NCBI GenBank assembly: GCA_905178155.1
Contig: CAJINV010000001.1
Coordinates: forward strand, 1,973,904 to 2,037,903
Origin: Amoebophrya sp. A120
Lineage: Eukaryota > Protista > Dinoflagellata
Reading direction: 5' to 3'
Length of the DNA: 64,000 nucleotides
Below are positions 36,501-49,927 of the stretch, piece after piece. The first letter of the stretch is position 1. Every line of letters begins with the position of its first letter. The notes beneath the pieces are model-generated. The model ran no database searches and was not told the DNA's origin. It was given only the letters and a program-made list of their open reading frames with translations. The position numbers were made by a program, and so were the translations under genes.

Positions 36501-39500
36501 TTTCCTTGCTTGGTTCAGCACGCCCTGCGCCTCGTCGAAGGGACACAACTTCGCCAGCGCGAGCCACATGTCCACACTGGTGGGCAGGCACTGGACGGCG
36601 CGGATCAGCAGGGTTTTCGCGTTCTCCTTGTCTTCCAAGCCGATGGCTTCCTTCCACAAGGTCTCTGAGTTCGGAATGAACTCCAAAGCCTTTCGGAGCA
36701 CCTTGGATTTTCGGGGCCGCTCGGTTTCCAAGTTCGCGGCCTCCAACCAGAGGCGGACGCTGTAGCGGTTCTGCTTTACGCCTGTCGTTGTGGGGAAAAG
36801 AGAATAATGCGAGGAGGTTCTGCACAAAATAAAATCCGGAAAAGTATTAAAATCATAATCATCTCGAGCAGATGAACGACTCTTCTTGACAAGAAAAGCT
36901 ACAACCAGCCTACTGACACTACCACTAGGTCACTATTTGATTTTTATTTTCCTTCATATGTACATTTAGTTTCCGCAGAAAATAAAACGCCGAAGTTTCA
37001 TCGTGTAAGTACCTTGCGCAATCACGCTTTTTGCGCCTTCCAGACTGCCTTTCCGTTCTAAACGGACGGCCTCAATCCATATTTCTTCGTTTTCCGGACA
37101 GTTCTTTACTCCCTGGACAATCATCTCGCGGGCGACAGCGTCGCGACCTGCGATTTCCTCTACTCGTGCGGCGGCAATCCATCCGGGGGCGTGCTTAGGA
37201 TTGCTCTGCGTTACGCTAGACATCAGAAGTCGGGTCTGGAAAAGCAGGTTTGGGTTTTTTTTAGTGCAGCTGAAGCTCGAGCGTGTGAATAAACAAAGGA
37301 AGAGCAGTATGTAATGCGTCGTGATCATCATGAAAAAAACTGCAGTTGATGACCATGACGAGCAGCAACTTCGTCGGACGAAGGACGCTAATTATTGCAC
37401 TTGAAGCTCACGAAAAAAAAAAAAATCTGTAGAAATATGATACCTTCTTCAAGTCGCTGATATCGATTCCCTGACCCGGGTTCCGGGCCTGCAAATCGGT
37501 TAGGAAACCTCCAACGTCGGTGCGGGCGACGTTACTCACTTTGCCCTCCATGTCGGCCAGTTTCAGAAAGAGTCCCTGCCCTATGGATGTGTCAGAGTTG
37601 AAATCGACAAAGTTGAAATAATTTGTCATGCATAAAATGGATGCCAGTTGGAACCCAGTTTTCAAGTGGCGCAAGACAAATTTTCGGAGCACCGGAATCC
37701 AATTTGTCATGCTGTTTGTGCACAGAAGACTGCTTTTGTCATGCTCCTTTAGCAGCTCTATCCCGAACCCTAAATAGGCTCACAGTCTGCCTCTCTTGCC
37801 ATCCCGGCTAGACAGGCACTTCATGCCTTGCATTTTATGCATTGCAAATCATTTCAACTTTGACGATTTCAAACCTGACGCTTCCATATGCCCCTTCGCG
37901 GCCGCGAAGTCCGTGATTGCGGATCGGTAGCCGCCTGCAGAGGGCGTCTGCATGCCAGAGGGGGTCTGCATGCCCGATAAGGGGGTGGACATGCCGCTGG
38001 AAGACGAGGGGACGTTTCCGGACCGGTAACTGCCAATCATCGCGGGCGTCATCATCCCCAGCGGGGTACTCATGCCCAACGGTGTGCTCATGCCGCCACC
38101 TGGAGTTGATTTTGTTTGCGTTTGCTTTCCCTTTCGCTTCTGAAAAGCATGTACGATTGGCGCAGAGCGAGGATAACGGTCTTCTCTCCAAATTCAGTCA
38201 ATGACTACATGAGCAGTAAATACAATGTGGAGCAAGCTTCTTCGGCACTGTATTAGCTGCCAAGGCGAGCCAGGAACTGCTATCGAACTGTCTAAGTTTC
38301 CTGAGCAGTAAATACAAAAATGAGCAACAGAACAGCTGCAGCAGCGCACCAACATATCTTTCAGGTTTGAAGTACTTACCCATCATTCCCAGTGGCGTCT
38401 GGCCGCCTCCTGCGACACCGGGCATGCCTGGTCTTGCCCGGCCGGCCATCATGCTTAGTGGTGTTTGCATGCCCATTGGGGTTTGCATCCCCATGGGGGT
38501 CTGCATGCCGAGTGGCGTGCTCATACCACCACCCATACCGCCCATGCCAAGAGGTGTGCTCATGCCGCCCATGCCCATCGGCGTGCTCATTCCGCTCGGG
38601 TTGGCCATTGGCGTCTGGGCGCCCTGCACGCTGCTCCCCATCGCCCCGTGCTTCATCAGACCGGTGGTGCCCGCGAGCACGTGGTCGGGCATAGCGTAAA
38701 TCGAGTCGCGCTTTCTGTGTTTGATTTTCAGATGCTCCTGGGCGTCCGGAATGTTGTTCCACTCTTCGTTGGATACCTGTGGGGGAGAGTGAATGAAATC
38801 AAATGTCGTGCAACAAACTTCTAAGTACATTCATACGCTTGAGCGCAAACACAAAGATATTCTTCCCCAGAGACCAGGAAGTAGAAGGTCCTGGATATAG
38901 TTCTTTCTGTTTCTTTCGCCATCGCAGACCTAGTGCAGCAGGTTCAACAAGCAGATTTCACAAACTAAAACTATACCCTCCCAAGTTCTCGGGTCAAGTC
39001 TGCGAACTGCTGTCTCACCGTCGGTTTATCCGCACGCATCTTTTTCAGTTCGTTTTTCATTCGCTCTTCGCGCCACTTGGCTCTCCTCTCATCCAAGCGA
39101 ACGTCGCACTCGTTGTAAATTCGGTCCGCCTCCTCATCGTCTTTTTCGTAATTTATTCCCGCGAAAAGACTACCACCGTACCCGGCAAACTCGTCGTAGT
39201 TGCTGTCTCCGAGATCCTGTAATATTAGAGTGGTTTTTTGTATTGGTGCACATCCAGTACTATGAATGTGGCACCTAAAAACATTATAGTAAAATTTGAT
39301 CCTCACAGTTGATATTTAAGCAAAAAAAAATACCGTTTTGTCGTCGTCTCTGTCGACTTCGTCACGACTGACACCACCGATAAACCCGGTCGCACCACGA
39401 CCTCGACCTGGAATGTAGCCCGGTGGCGGCGCCCCGAACCTTAGATCCCCGTGCTCCTCCGGTCCCTTTCCGCCCTTGTCCCCGCCCTTTTTACCCGCCC

Positions 39501-39636
39501 CTTTCTTGGCTCCGTCGTAGTTGTCAGGCCGGGTCATAATCTTGAAGGGCGCCGCACCACGCCCCGCACCAGCGACATAGCCCTGCGGGGCCGCGCTGTC
39601 GATCTTCTGCCGCTTGGCATTCGGTACCAGCGACAT
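33566..39636 (-). CDS. PRPF6: Pre-mRNA splicing factor PRP6 (U5-102K), multi-exon
   Basis: APPPGYIPGRGRGATGF, DLGDSNYDEFAGYGGSLF, YEKDDEEADRIY, QQFADLTRELGRVSNEEWNNIPD, SNPKHAPGWIAAARVEE, HAT repeats, KSVDALKHCEND, ADPNRG. Confidence 0.95.
33721..34026. mobile_element. Introner (TATGGATGTGTCAG family, 306 bp) in PRP6
   Basis: ~55-bp TIRs, perfect TSD CAAGC. Removal gives EDIGL|DFSVS. Confidence 0.9.
37582..37888. mobile_element. Introner (TATGGATGTGTCAG family, 307 bp) in PRP6, opposite orientation
   Basis: TIRs, perfect TSD TGCCC, interior is the reverse-complement homologue of 33721-34026. Removal gives AAAKG|QGLFLKL. Confidence 0.9.
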
Positions 39637-40845
39637 CTTGTTGACGACGGTCGGGAGCTATCTATCAGTTGTCGCGGTGGTTTTTGAGCGTTACTAGTGC
39701 CGCACTTCTTCACGACGTAGCGCGTGCTGACGTTGGAATAAAACGCCGCTCCAAAGAGTATGCCGCGGTGACACTGCTCCACTTGCGCTATCAGAAATTA
39801 TGCTGCTGCTGCGCAACACACGGCTGCGTGGTGTCTACTGTTCGAGGCGTCATCAGCAGACCGGTAATATTTCTTTTTCTGCTAGTTTACAGAAATGAAA
39901 ATTGTGTCGAGAGACTGATCAAAATAAATCGCTACCACTTTTTTATTTAGTCTACTCCATGAACTATACTCGTGGTAGTACAGGACCCATCATGCTTCCG
40001 TAAACCATACAACTCCCTTTCTAGCCTGAAAGTGATAGTAAAATTCCCTACTTTGGATGAAGGTAGGAAGCGGAAAAATCAGCGCAACATAGCAGCAGTA
40101 TTCAAAAGTTTTGATCGAACTCCACCAAACTGATCGTGTCCAATATCTGCTTTCTTACAAAAAAAAGAACCAAAAATGCTGCATTGAAAACAAATTCGAA
40201 GATCTTACGTCGGGCTAACTACAAAAAAAAACACTAAAGCCAAAGAACATAGAGAGATCCATCCGAGCTAGCTTGTGTAAGTGCTACGGTTCTTTTTTCC
40301 ATTGAGTATCGCAGCAGGAAGATTTAAGATGCAATTCCATCTTCGTCCATATTGGACATAAGTGTTGAGGATCTACTTCGTCGCATCTAGCGTGATCTCT
40401 TTTGGGATCGACTCAAATGACTTCAACACTGCAATTGGCATTGCCACTGGCTCAAGCTTCTTGAACATGAACTATAATTCGACTACTATTTCAATTTTTG
40501 ATGTAGATGTTTTTTTTTGGTATCAATCAAACTTAATCGTTCGAAGGTATGAAGAGCTACAACGGTGTCAGCGTTTCCGTTGATCATGTTGCAAAAAATA
40601 ATCAATCTCAATGAACATGAAGAACAAGCAGAGCAGCGTGTCTTGTAACGTTTTTCGGCTCGTCTCTTCTGCATCGCCTTTCTTTTGGTGGTGGTCTTAA
40701 AAATTGCGCATGATCGGAAGCTGTCGCTATCCACGCGGCCATCATCAGCCGTTCTTAAATAATATTGCATCTCAAGTCCAAGTCGAGGAGGTCACCAACT
40801 GTCATACATCATTTCATTTTCCCCTTGTTGCATCTTGACGACAAG

Positions 40846-43800
40846 TCATGGCGCCACACCCTCATCTGGTTCTGCTGGCACGGCCGCCGCTGGGTGCGTG
40901 ATAAAAGCAATCCCGGGAGATACGTCTTGCTGCGCGCCTGCGTCGGTTCCGCCTCTGCTCTCGTCTCTGTTTATTTCTCCCTGCTCCAGGTACTCGTCCA
41001 AATTAGTGATTTTTTTCGCCTCAAACAGATCTAACAGCGAGGAGCTGTACCGCACGGCCGCGTTCAGGGCCAGCACCGCGGTCTCCCGCAGTTGGTGGAG
41101 TAAAGACAGGGAAACATCCTCTTTTTGCACCTCATTCTGCTGTTCTTCGGGTACCCCGGGATACCTCCGAATCGCCGAAAGCTCCTCGTCGCTACTCTCC
41201 GACTCGCTCGAGTCGTGCCCAAGAACATCCAGCTGCGGCGAGGTCGTGGCGAGCAGCCATGAGGGCTGGGGTAGTGCTGTTGATGTCCTGGACGAAGTAG
41301 AGGGAACAAGTTGTCGCCCATTTTTCATCCTGGTACGTCTTCGTTGGGTAGTAGCACCGGTTGCACCCCGAGATGAACTTCTCGATAAAGCTCCACCAGC
41401 ACCCTCGGGCCCGAGCACTGAGGAGATAAACGGGTACTGCTGAAATTCTTCCTCGGTCCTCTGCTCTACTTCCAGATCGGCCGCCAGAGTCGCCGAGGTG
41501 CGGGTCATCAAGCCTAAGCTATTGGTGAACAACATGGCATCCAAGGCGTTGACTTTCTGGTGCCCCTCCGGGTCCTTGGCGGTGGTCAGCAGACCCCCGA
41601 CGCGTCGCGCGCGCCGCGAGTGCGGAAACTGGAAGGCGAACGCCCGGAAGATGGTTGCAAACAAGTTTTTCAGCGGAATGTTGTTTTGAAAGATGCAGTA
41701 GTGCAAGGCCGTGTTGTCCAATAAATCCCGGTGGGCAAAGTTCAAGAAGTAGGGACACGCGAGTAACGGCTTGACCAGACTCTCGTTCCCCACGTAGCAG
41801 TATGGATTGCAAAAGTATCGTAATCGTACTCGTATAAATGCATTACAAATTAGTCCAGCATTACAAATTAAATTTGTAATGCTGAATTACCTTGACAAAG
41901 AGATTTGTAAATGCATAAACGCAATCACTACGAATACGATACTTTTGCACAGCATAAGCAGGCAATGTGCAGCGCCGTCTCCCCGTTTTTGTTCACGTGG
42001 TTCACCTTGTGGAAGCGCGGCACCTGTTTCAACAACGCGAGAACGACCGGAACGCGCTCCTCCCGGCAGTACTTGTGCAGGAAGGTGTCGCCGGTGGGAG
42101 GGTCAACCGCGTTCAATTCGTCAGTTGCCATCTGGAACACAATTACCTCCGGGTTGTTGCTCCGACTGCCGAGCGCCTCGGCGAGGGAACTGTCCTCAAA
42201 CTCCATGTTCTTCACGATGGCCAGCAATTGCCGCGGTGGCGGAAGGTTGGACGCGTGGTCTACTGCAGCTCTCGCTCCAGAAGCCGGCGTGGTCTTGCCG
42301 CCAGGACCACTGCGCCGGTTGTTCTTTTGCGGATTGTCGTTCATCTCCTCCTCGTTGCCAGCACTCGTCGTAGTTTCTTGTCGCTCTAGCTGGTTCAACA
42401 TCAGCGGTGTCGTGGCAACATCTTCACTATGCGGCGGCGCTTCGCCGTCGGGGTGGAAGTCTTCCGCGGAGGAGGAAAAGGCGCTACTGGGCGAACCTGG
42501 GAGGAGGTGCTGCTGCTGCTGTGTGTTTTTATTCGGTGTAGTCTTGTTCCTGTTTCTGCTGGACGCAGTTCCGCTTGTTGTAGAAGTCCTCTCCCTCGCA
42601 GTCGTAGTTAACCCTGCTTCTGGCTGCGACGCAGTACTATCTTCTCCACCTCCGCGCAGGAGCTCGTCGTTGACCAAGAGGTCTTCATCTGCGAGCAGAG
42701 TGCCGGTTTCCACGTCTAACAAATTGACCACCGGCTCCGGCGCCTCCACGGCGGCGGCCACCATCGGCCGGAGTAAGCCGATGGTAAAGACGCCGAGCTG
42801 CTTCTTCGGGATGGCAATGTTCAACGGGTCTCCATTGACGCGGAAAATCTGCAGGGGCTCCATCTCCTCGTCCGCGGATTCCGGGGGTGGAATGAGGGTT
42901 TCGGTTGGCGCGGCGAAGTGCTCCACAAAGTTAAAGCTGGGCCGCAAGAGCATGTCGGCGTCGCGCTCGTTGCCGTTGGGCGGCAGCGCGGAGGCGGGCG
43001 CGGGGGCGTGGGCGGCCATGGACAGCGTGGAGGTGCGGTCATTCGCGTTTTTAGCAGTAGCTGGAGGGTGATTTGTATTCGGTCCTGCTCCCCGAGGACC
43101 GAAATTCGGTCGCGAACGAGACGAAGAAGACGCTTGCTCTACTTCCAGTTGCGCACCGTGCTCCAGTGGAAATCTTCGACCTCCCACGTCTTCACTTACA
43201 CTTGTGTCCCTTTGCACGATTTGTCCGGTCCTGGCATCTAAGAAAACGGGAATCAGGTGCCTTGACTCGTCATCAGGATTTTGATTTTCATCAAGCGAAC
43301 CTGTAGAAATTATTCCGCCGTCAGATAAAGATGACGCAAAAGGCACGGTCGGCTGTTGATTCTGAGGGGTGACAACTTGGTGGGCGAGAATCAAATCTCG
43401 CAAGTACGCCTGGTCGTATTGCAACTCGCGCGCGATCGCGGGATCCAGGGCTTTCTTGTTGGAAGGCCGCCCACGGCTGCCTCTTGATGTTCCTCCACCA
43501 GATGCAGATTTATTTTTTCGCGAAGACAAAGTAGAGGTCCTGGCGCCTCCATCTGTTCCACCTGGTAGTTCTTGTTCGCCATCCGCATGAAACCTCACAC
43601 GCGAGGTGGATGAGGTTGACTCCGATCCGATCTGCTCGTCGTACAAATAGTTGCCGCCTGCATCTCCCGTGGCCGTTCCTGTTGTCGGCGTCGTAGCCGC
43701 AACCAGTTGCGCAGGATTCATCTTTTTACGACCAGCGGACGAAGAGGTCGATGAACCGCCAGTACTAGCGTGTCCGCGACTCCCTCGCCCTGTCTGGAGG

Positions 43801-44081
43801 TGCGGCTGATGTCCTCCGCCGGTAGATGTGAAAACACCATCGACATTGACGCCCACGGGGTTGCGGAACCGCCGCGGACTCGCAACGGAGTCGGTGTCAT
43901 CGTCGCCCGGAGCTGCTGCGTCATACTCGCCCTCGCCTCCAAGAGCGGCGGGGCGCCGAAAATCTGAATCGTCGTCCGAGGTAGACATGTCTGATGTACT
44001 TAAATACTTAGTTCCAATTCTGGTACTTGCCCCGTTTCGTGTGCGAGTAGAAAGGCAGGAGCGCGTGAAGATTGATCGCAC
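40846..44081 (-). CDS. Ankyrin-repeat protein with long low-complexity N-terminus (start may be 43989)
   Basis: TGDTFLHKYC, VNKNGETALHIAC|YVGNESLVKPLL (joined across an introner), DLLDNTALHYC. Confidence 0.75.
41801..41956. mobile_element. Introner (TATGCATTGCAAAAG family) splitting an ankyrin repeat
   Basis: TIRs and perfect TSD AGCAG. Removal yields a textbook ankyrin repeat. Confidence 0.9.
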
Positions 44082-44822
44082 CAGATCTCAGACAGGGTGG
44101 TCAGAGATGCATATAGTAGATGATCGCAGCTCTGATATTAAGTCAAGAGCTACTTCCTGAGGACCGTCTGTTGTCCTCCTCCTACTAATTGAAGCTAGTA
44201 TGACGAGAGCCCAAGGTGGTGCTGCCCTCCGCTTCACAATGACATTCGCTCAGGCCACTGTCTTCGACAAAGTGCATCTTCAGCTAGTAAGCTTCCAGCT
44301 CGCCGTCGCTCTGGTGACAGACATTGACGGTCAACACTCGACGAAAGGATAGAGGTTGGTTTGCAATTGCAAAAAGTTAAAGTTAGAAGAGTCGGGATGA
44401 AATACCGGCAGCAACAAATGGCCACGCGCACGCCAGGCGCTCCTGGCAACATGAGATTTCTCCCGATATCACACATCACTTTCTTGTGGTTGTGCAAATA
44501 TTTTTGCTATGAGCATCCTGTTGTGACAGTGAGATCGCCATCTTGTGCTTCTTGTGGTGGTAAATCAGGAGTCAACTTCATCAATTTGGTTCGTTCCCAC
44601 AAATCAAATCGTTCTTTTTCCTCATCGTGTACTACTATCACAGGACGATTGGTCGACGTCTCGCAAAAATAAACTACCAAAGCACCAGACGAAGACAAGT
44701 ACAGTTTGTTCGGTTGCCCTTGCCGCACTTCCCCGAACATGATCATTATTAGGATCATTTTTGCATCCTTTTTTCACAGGAGTTGCTTCTCCCGCTCCGT
44801 ACACATCAGCTACAGCTTTCTA

Positions 44823-45278
44823 CTACAAATCCTCGTACTTGGCGGCTTGTCCGGCGACGCAGGCGGCGACCTCGTCTTGCAGCATGCTGGCCTGCAGCCA
44901 CTCAAACCGGTCCTGCACGATCTCCGCGCGGTTCAGCCGGCGCATCGTGGCCGTCCAATACAAATCCTTCACCCCGCGGTACAACGGGAAGCTGAACAGC
45001 AGGAACAGAAACACCGGCCCGATCAAGTGCGGGCTGCTCCAAAACACCTGCTCCGAAAGCGGCGAGGCCGCGGCGGAGAAGAACCTCTTCGGAGAGGTCA
45101 GAAAGTTATTCTTGCGGGAAACGTTTTTCCGACACGCGGTGGAGAAGAAACTACTGCTGCTCAACATATTCGTAGTGCCCGACGTAGTCGCACTGGTGCT
45201 CCCCCGGCACAAAATCTGTGTCCAGCCACTGCCGGCCATGCTGTTCCTTCCCAATGCAACACGGGCTCGGGACAACAT
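44823..45278 (-). CDS. Small putative mitochondrial single-pass membrane protein
   Basis: R/S-rich, acid-free N-terminus (MLSRARVALGRN...PKRFFS), one hydrophobic helix, ordered C-terminus with GC-rich codons. Confidence 0.55.
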   Translation of the reverse strand: MLSRARVALGRNSMAGSGWTQILCRGSTSATTSGTTNMLSSSSFFSTACRKNVSRKNNFLTSPKRFFSAAASPLSEQVFWSSPHLIGPVFLFLLFSFPLYRGVKDLYWTATMRRLNRAEIVQDRFEWLQASMLQDEVAACVAGQAAKYEDL

Positions 45279-46807
45279 GGCTCTGTCTTTGACTTTGTTA
45301 CGTCTTAGTTGTAACAAGTGTTCAAGATGATTATCTGCGAGTTTTTTCTGATTTGAATAGATTTGAATGATGTAGGCCAAAAAGGCCAGCTGTTTCGTGT
45401 TCACGACAAATGTCATTGTGTATGATCCAAGGGACAAGCAGGTACCGATTTGATGCAACAGAGTTGACTCAATGCCACCAGCAGCAGTACTCTCTCTCTT
45501 CTACCGCTATGGAACGTACCACCTGAAAAAAAGAGAGAACACTGGAGGTCACAAGCACCAGCGGGGGAATTTCGTTCTGAGGGTCGCCCGCGACAGGAAC
45601 GAATGTTGTTGTAGATTGCGTCGCTAGTAATTATGCGATAGAGGACTTTCATGCGCGATGAGAGTTCTTTTCCATAGTAGTTGTGGTTCAGCTTCAGCTC
45701 CTGCTCCTGCGGAGGCAATTATGGTGCATCGAGAGGCTAGCGCAGTCCTCACAGCACAACTGATGTCCACAGGCGTGGGTTGTGTTCTTGTTGAAGTGGT
45801 TCTTTTGCTGTTGAGAAGTAGTTGCAGTTCGTTGTTCTTGTAGTTGCCTAGTACAAAATCCTAATGCGCTAGTTTTTTCTACAGGAAAAGTCGTGGTTGT
45901 CGCTGAAGAGATCGTGCTGTTGTCGCCGGGTCGTGGTTTCGTAATTTGGAGGTCATGTGTTGTTTAAGTATTGTTTCATTGCCTTTAGTAGTGGTTCACC
46001 GTGAGTAATATGCTGATAGATGTGTTGTGTTTTTCCCCGCCGCGTTCGCAACAACCCGTCGCAGAAGCAGAACGATGCGTTTGCAAGCACAGCAACAATG
46101 TCCATATTCTTGCTCAAAGAAAGCCAGGGCGGCTAGCTTGTCGTAATAGGATTTCAAAGCAATTCTTTCCAATCCTTGTTCGCCCTCGCCCAAAGCCGTC
46201 GTCTACTCGTACCAGGACATGCGACTATAATTGCTATACTTCCAAACACGACACCGCTACTAGGATGAAAAACAAATTTTGGAACATATTCAGTAGTTCT
46301 TTTCAACATACTGCTGTTGTTGAAAAGTAAACACCACGCGAAGGAAAATGTATGTGTATGTGTAAATGTGAAGCAAAATAAAACGGCATTGAAAATCTGT
46401 AATATGTAGTTGTAAAAAAACGCGAAAGCTTTGGATGAAGAACATGAACAATATACTGCGGAGGTGAAGATGCGATTGGTACATGCAAAAGTAGGAGGTC
46501 CTTCTCGTCACCATGGTCCGTAGATAGGCAGATCGCATGCCAATTATGTACCAACTCCGCGTGAAGTAGGAAGTGGGACATTTTTCGATTCAAGTCCTAT
46601 CGTCGTTTGGTATCATTTTAACGTCGGTCAAATCAAACTCATCTGCGTCGTTTCGTTTGCTGTGTTCTTCACTTTCATGGAAGTAGTAGTAGACTTTTGA
46701 AGTGGATTTACTTTCGCAGCTAGCACCTTCAACAGTTCGCGCTCGCAGCTTCTTCAACATCGGTGTCGATCTTCGATCCTGATGTACTTCTAATAGAGCT
46801 TGTTGAA

Positions 46808-47870
46808 CTATATCGAGTAAATCAGCCTGCCGCCCGACTTGAGTTTTCGGAACCACAAGTACATGTAGTCTGCGGTGAAAACGGTGTGAACCAGGTCGGC
46901 AAGGAAGAGCTGCAGGAAGTGCTCCCCGATGTAGAAGAGTACGCCCCAAAAGACCATGCGGAGAAAGCGGGCAATTACCAGAAGACCTGCAAATTATTTT
47001 TGATTTTGATGTAGTTCCTTGATCATTTTTCCTGTGACACCGGACAAAGTACAACTAGATCGATGTAGTCAGGCTACTAAAAATTCGCAACAAAAATCAC
47101 TAGCAGTATCAAAAACAAAACCATGTCAAACAAAAGTTCGGTATAGAATTAAGTTCTTACCAACGTAGTGACTTGTGATCGGCTCCACATCGTACATTTT
47201 CTTCATCAGCCAGAGTTGTGGGAGAAGACCTGTATTATGACACAATTTCGTATACGCGGTTTGCGGTTTGCCTTCGGCTTTAGCTTCGATTTTGAAAGTG
47301 CATCACAGTCGGATGAGGATGAAGAAGCGCAATTCGAATTCTCGGAAAATTCGCTGCATGACAAACGAATAATTCCACGAAGCTTCCCCATGATACCTGA
47401 ACCTGAATCATTGCAAAAAGAAGAAACACAAAAATCACATATGAACATAGTAAATTTAAATTCATACCGAGCGCCTCTAGGTACATGGTGAAGGCTACCA
47501 GGATCTGCACGGAGAGCCACTGGTCAGATGGGTGGAAGAAGAAGGCCAACACCGCGGCGATCGGTGTAATCGAGTACACCCGGAGCCAGGGAAGCGCGTG
47601 CATGGTCGTCGTGTGCTGGTATCGCCAGCAGAGCGCGCAGCACCCTACGGACACCAGCGTGCTGAGGATGAGCTCCAGAAAGGCGAAGTTGGTCTCGATG
47701 AGCCTGGTGTCCAGGGTCCAGATACACCTGGTGACGTTGGCGATGGCGAACGCGATCTGGGTGTCGATGGAAAGCCCGTATATCGATTGCGACTTCCAGA
47801 TCTTGAAACACAGCATCGCGCACGCCAGGCACTGGATGCAGTACCCCATCAAGAAGAGAATGATGTCCAT
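46808..47870 (-). CDS. ERD2: ER lumen protein-retaining (KDEL/HDEL) receptor family protein, 3 exons
   Basis: KSQSIYGLSIDTQ, AFTMYLEAL|GLLPQL, VEPITSHYV, ARFLRMVFW, ADYMYLW. Multi-pass membrane profile. Confidence 0.88.
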
Positions 47871-49927
47871 TTTGACGGCTTTTTGGGGTGCGGGTGGCGA
47901 AGGTCGGGGAAGTACAAGTAGTTACTACGTCGAAAATGACCCAGCTGCTATAGGACTAGGAGTTCGTCCCCGGTCTTTGTGATTATTTTCAGGAACGTAG
48001 CTCTTCGACTCGTGCTACCCTCGTGAAGCAGCTGCTAGTTCTTCTAGCAGTGTTCCAGTTGTATTAATCAAGGCCGCGTGTCGTTGTAGTACTAGTTGTA
48101 GAGGTCAATGGAGAAGTCGCGCTTTTGATTTTTGAAGTAGTTGCTGTTGCGCCGAGGGGGCTGTCGTCCTCTGTGCTAAACAGTTCGTAGTGATTGTTGC
48201 GCGACGAGTTAAGATGAATGGCGCCCGTCCGAACCTGAAGCTCTCCAACTATGTTTGCGTTTTTTCGCGTCGCTTCGTGAGCGGAAGAGTGTGCTGCTCG
48301 TCCAGAACCCAGTTGGTGTCGCTTCTGGTGGGAATAATTTGAGCCGGGTCGCCGAGTTTTCTAGTGCTGCTGCTGTGGCGGTTCTTGTTTGTTTATCTTC
48401 GTCGTGTTCTCTACCTACTACCAGGTGCTGCTTGCAGTACAAACGGTGAACGTCACCGCCACTGCACGAACACTGGGTTTGGTTCTCTGAAGATATCGGC
48501 CGGTATGATATTTTTCTGAATACTAAAGGTTCGTTCTCGAGTCCGTTATTTTCCTGGAATAGCAAAAGTTTCGGTGGATCAAAATTGGAAAGAATTCAAA
48601 CAAAGTAAAAATCGATCCTCTTTTGAAGGTTCCAGAAGGAAGAACGCAAGCAGTACTTGCGATATTGTTCAAAACTAAAAGTATTCAAAAAAATAACTCG
48701 TCTGAGAAATTCGGTGTCGCTATTAGTCCTATGTGTTGTATCTATACTAGTCGTTCAGATCACGCAAAAGCAGCACTGATCTTGTTGTCAAAAAGCAACT
48801 ATGAAATTGGAATCACAAACGTCGGCGTATCTATCAAAGAGATGTATACAAAATAACTCTATCGCGATCTGTTCCTCGCCACCACAAATTTGTTTCTTGA
48901 AGTGGGATCCTATTTTTTCAATCGGAAATCAAACTCGATTCCGATTCTGAAGCAGAGTTAGTTTTAGACCACGCTTGTACCTACCTTGTGATGGTTATGG
49001 TCGATCTTCTGTTGACTTGCGTTGTTGTGTGACCTCGTCGAGGGAAAGCGGCTCAGGAGCGCCCTCGTCGTTAATTACGTATGAATGTCCAGTCGTTCCT
49101 CAAAAAGCTCTTTGAATTTTTTTGGATAAAACCAAAAACAGTATAGGACAACAAATATAGAACTCTATGTTTACAGTGCAAAAGCTGAAATTTGTATTCA
49201 CAAAATTTACGAAATTAATACGAAAGAAATGCGTGTGAAGATTGGAAAAATTGGAAGCCTCTTTGTCTTTGCTACAACGGAAGAGCTGCAGTGTGGGAGA
49301 CCTGTTAGGAGGACACAGAATGAAAATGACGCGCATGATTTGGTCATATTTATAACGTCATCAAATGCGAACACCAAGATTTGCCGTGTCCTGTGTACGA
49401 ACGTCCGAAAGAAGCCGTGCACGAGGCAGTGAATCGGGCATAGATATTGAGACGCGGTCTTGTACGTAGAAACAACGAGTCGTGTAGTCCGAAGAAATAG
49501 CAGGTCTTGCTTTTCCTTTTGTACGGATGAGGAGCAACGAAACCGAACGTGAAGGAACTTGCCTCACATAATTTTTTTCAAGGCCGTAGTTGCAGCACCA
49601 AACAGAAGCATTTTCTTCATAGACAGGCAACAGAATTTGATACTTGTTCATGGCAGAGCTTCTCAATCTGAGACAAACGCTCGCAAACCGAATCCGTACG
49701 GGTCACTGCGATCATACCGATTGATTTTGTGCGCAAGTGCCTGTCATTCGGAACGACAATCACCGACGTCCTCGCACAACTTCTGCTGGATCGATTTACT
49801 TCTTGTCAGATCGAAAGCAAGCGACGCGCAAAAGCCTCGCCGTGCTTCTCCAGCAAGGAGAGATCGCGTGGCAAGGCAGGCACTCAGACCGCTATGGTAA
49901 CATTCGGACGTTGAAATGAGAATAATT

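Noticed and set aside
37766-37774. AACCCTAAA inside an introner
   Set aside because: A single short match without a second CCCT or conserved context; expected by chance.
41911-43071. Long plus-strand ORFs (also 13985-14845, 21907-22641, 27355-28185, 60823-61464)
   Set aside because: They are antisense shadows of GC-rich minus-strand exons and show no protein motifs.
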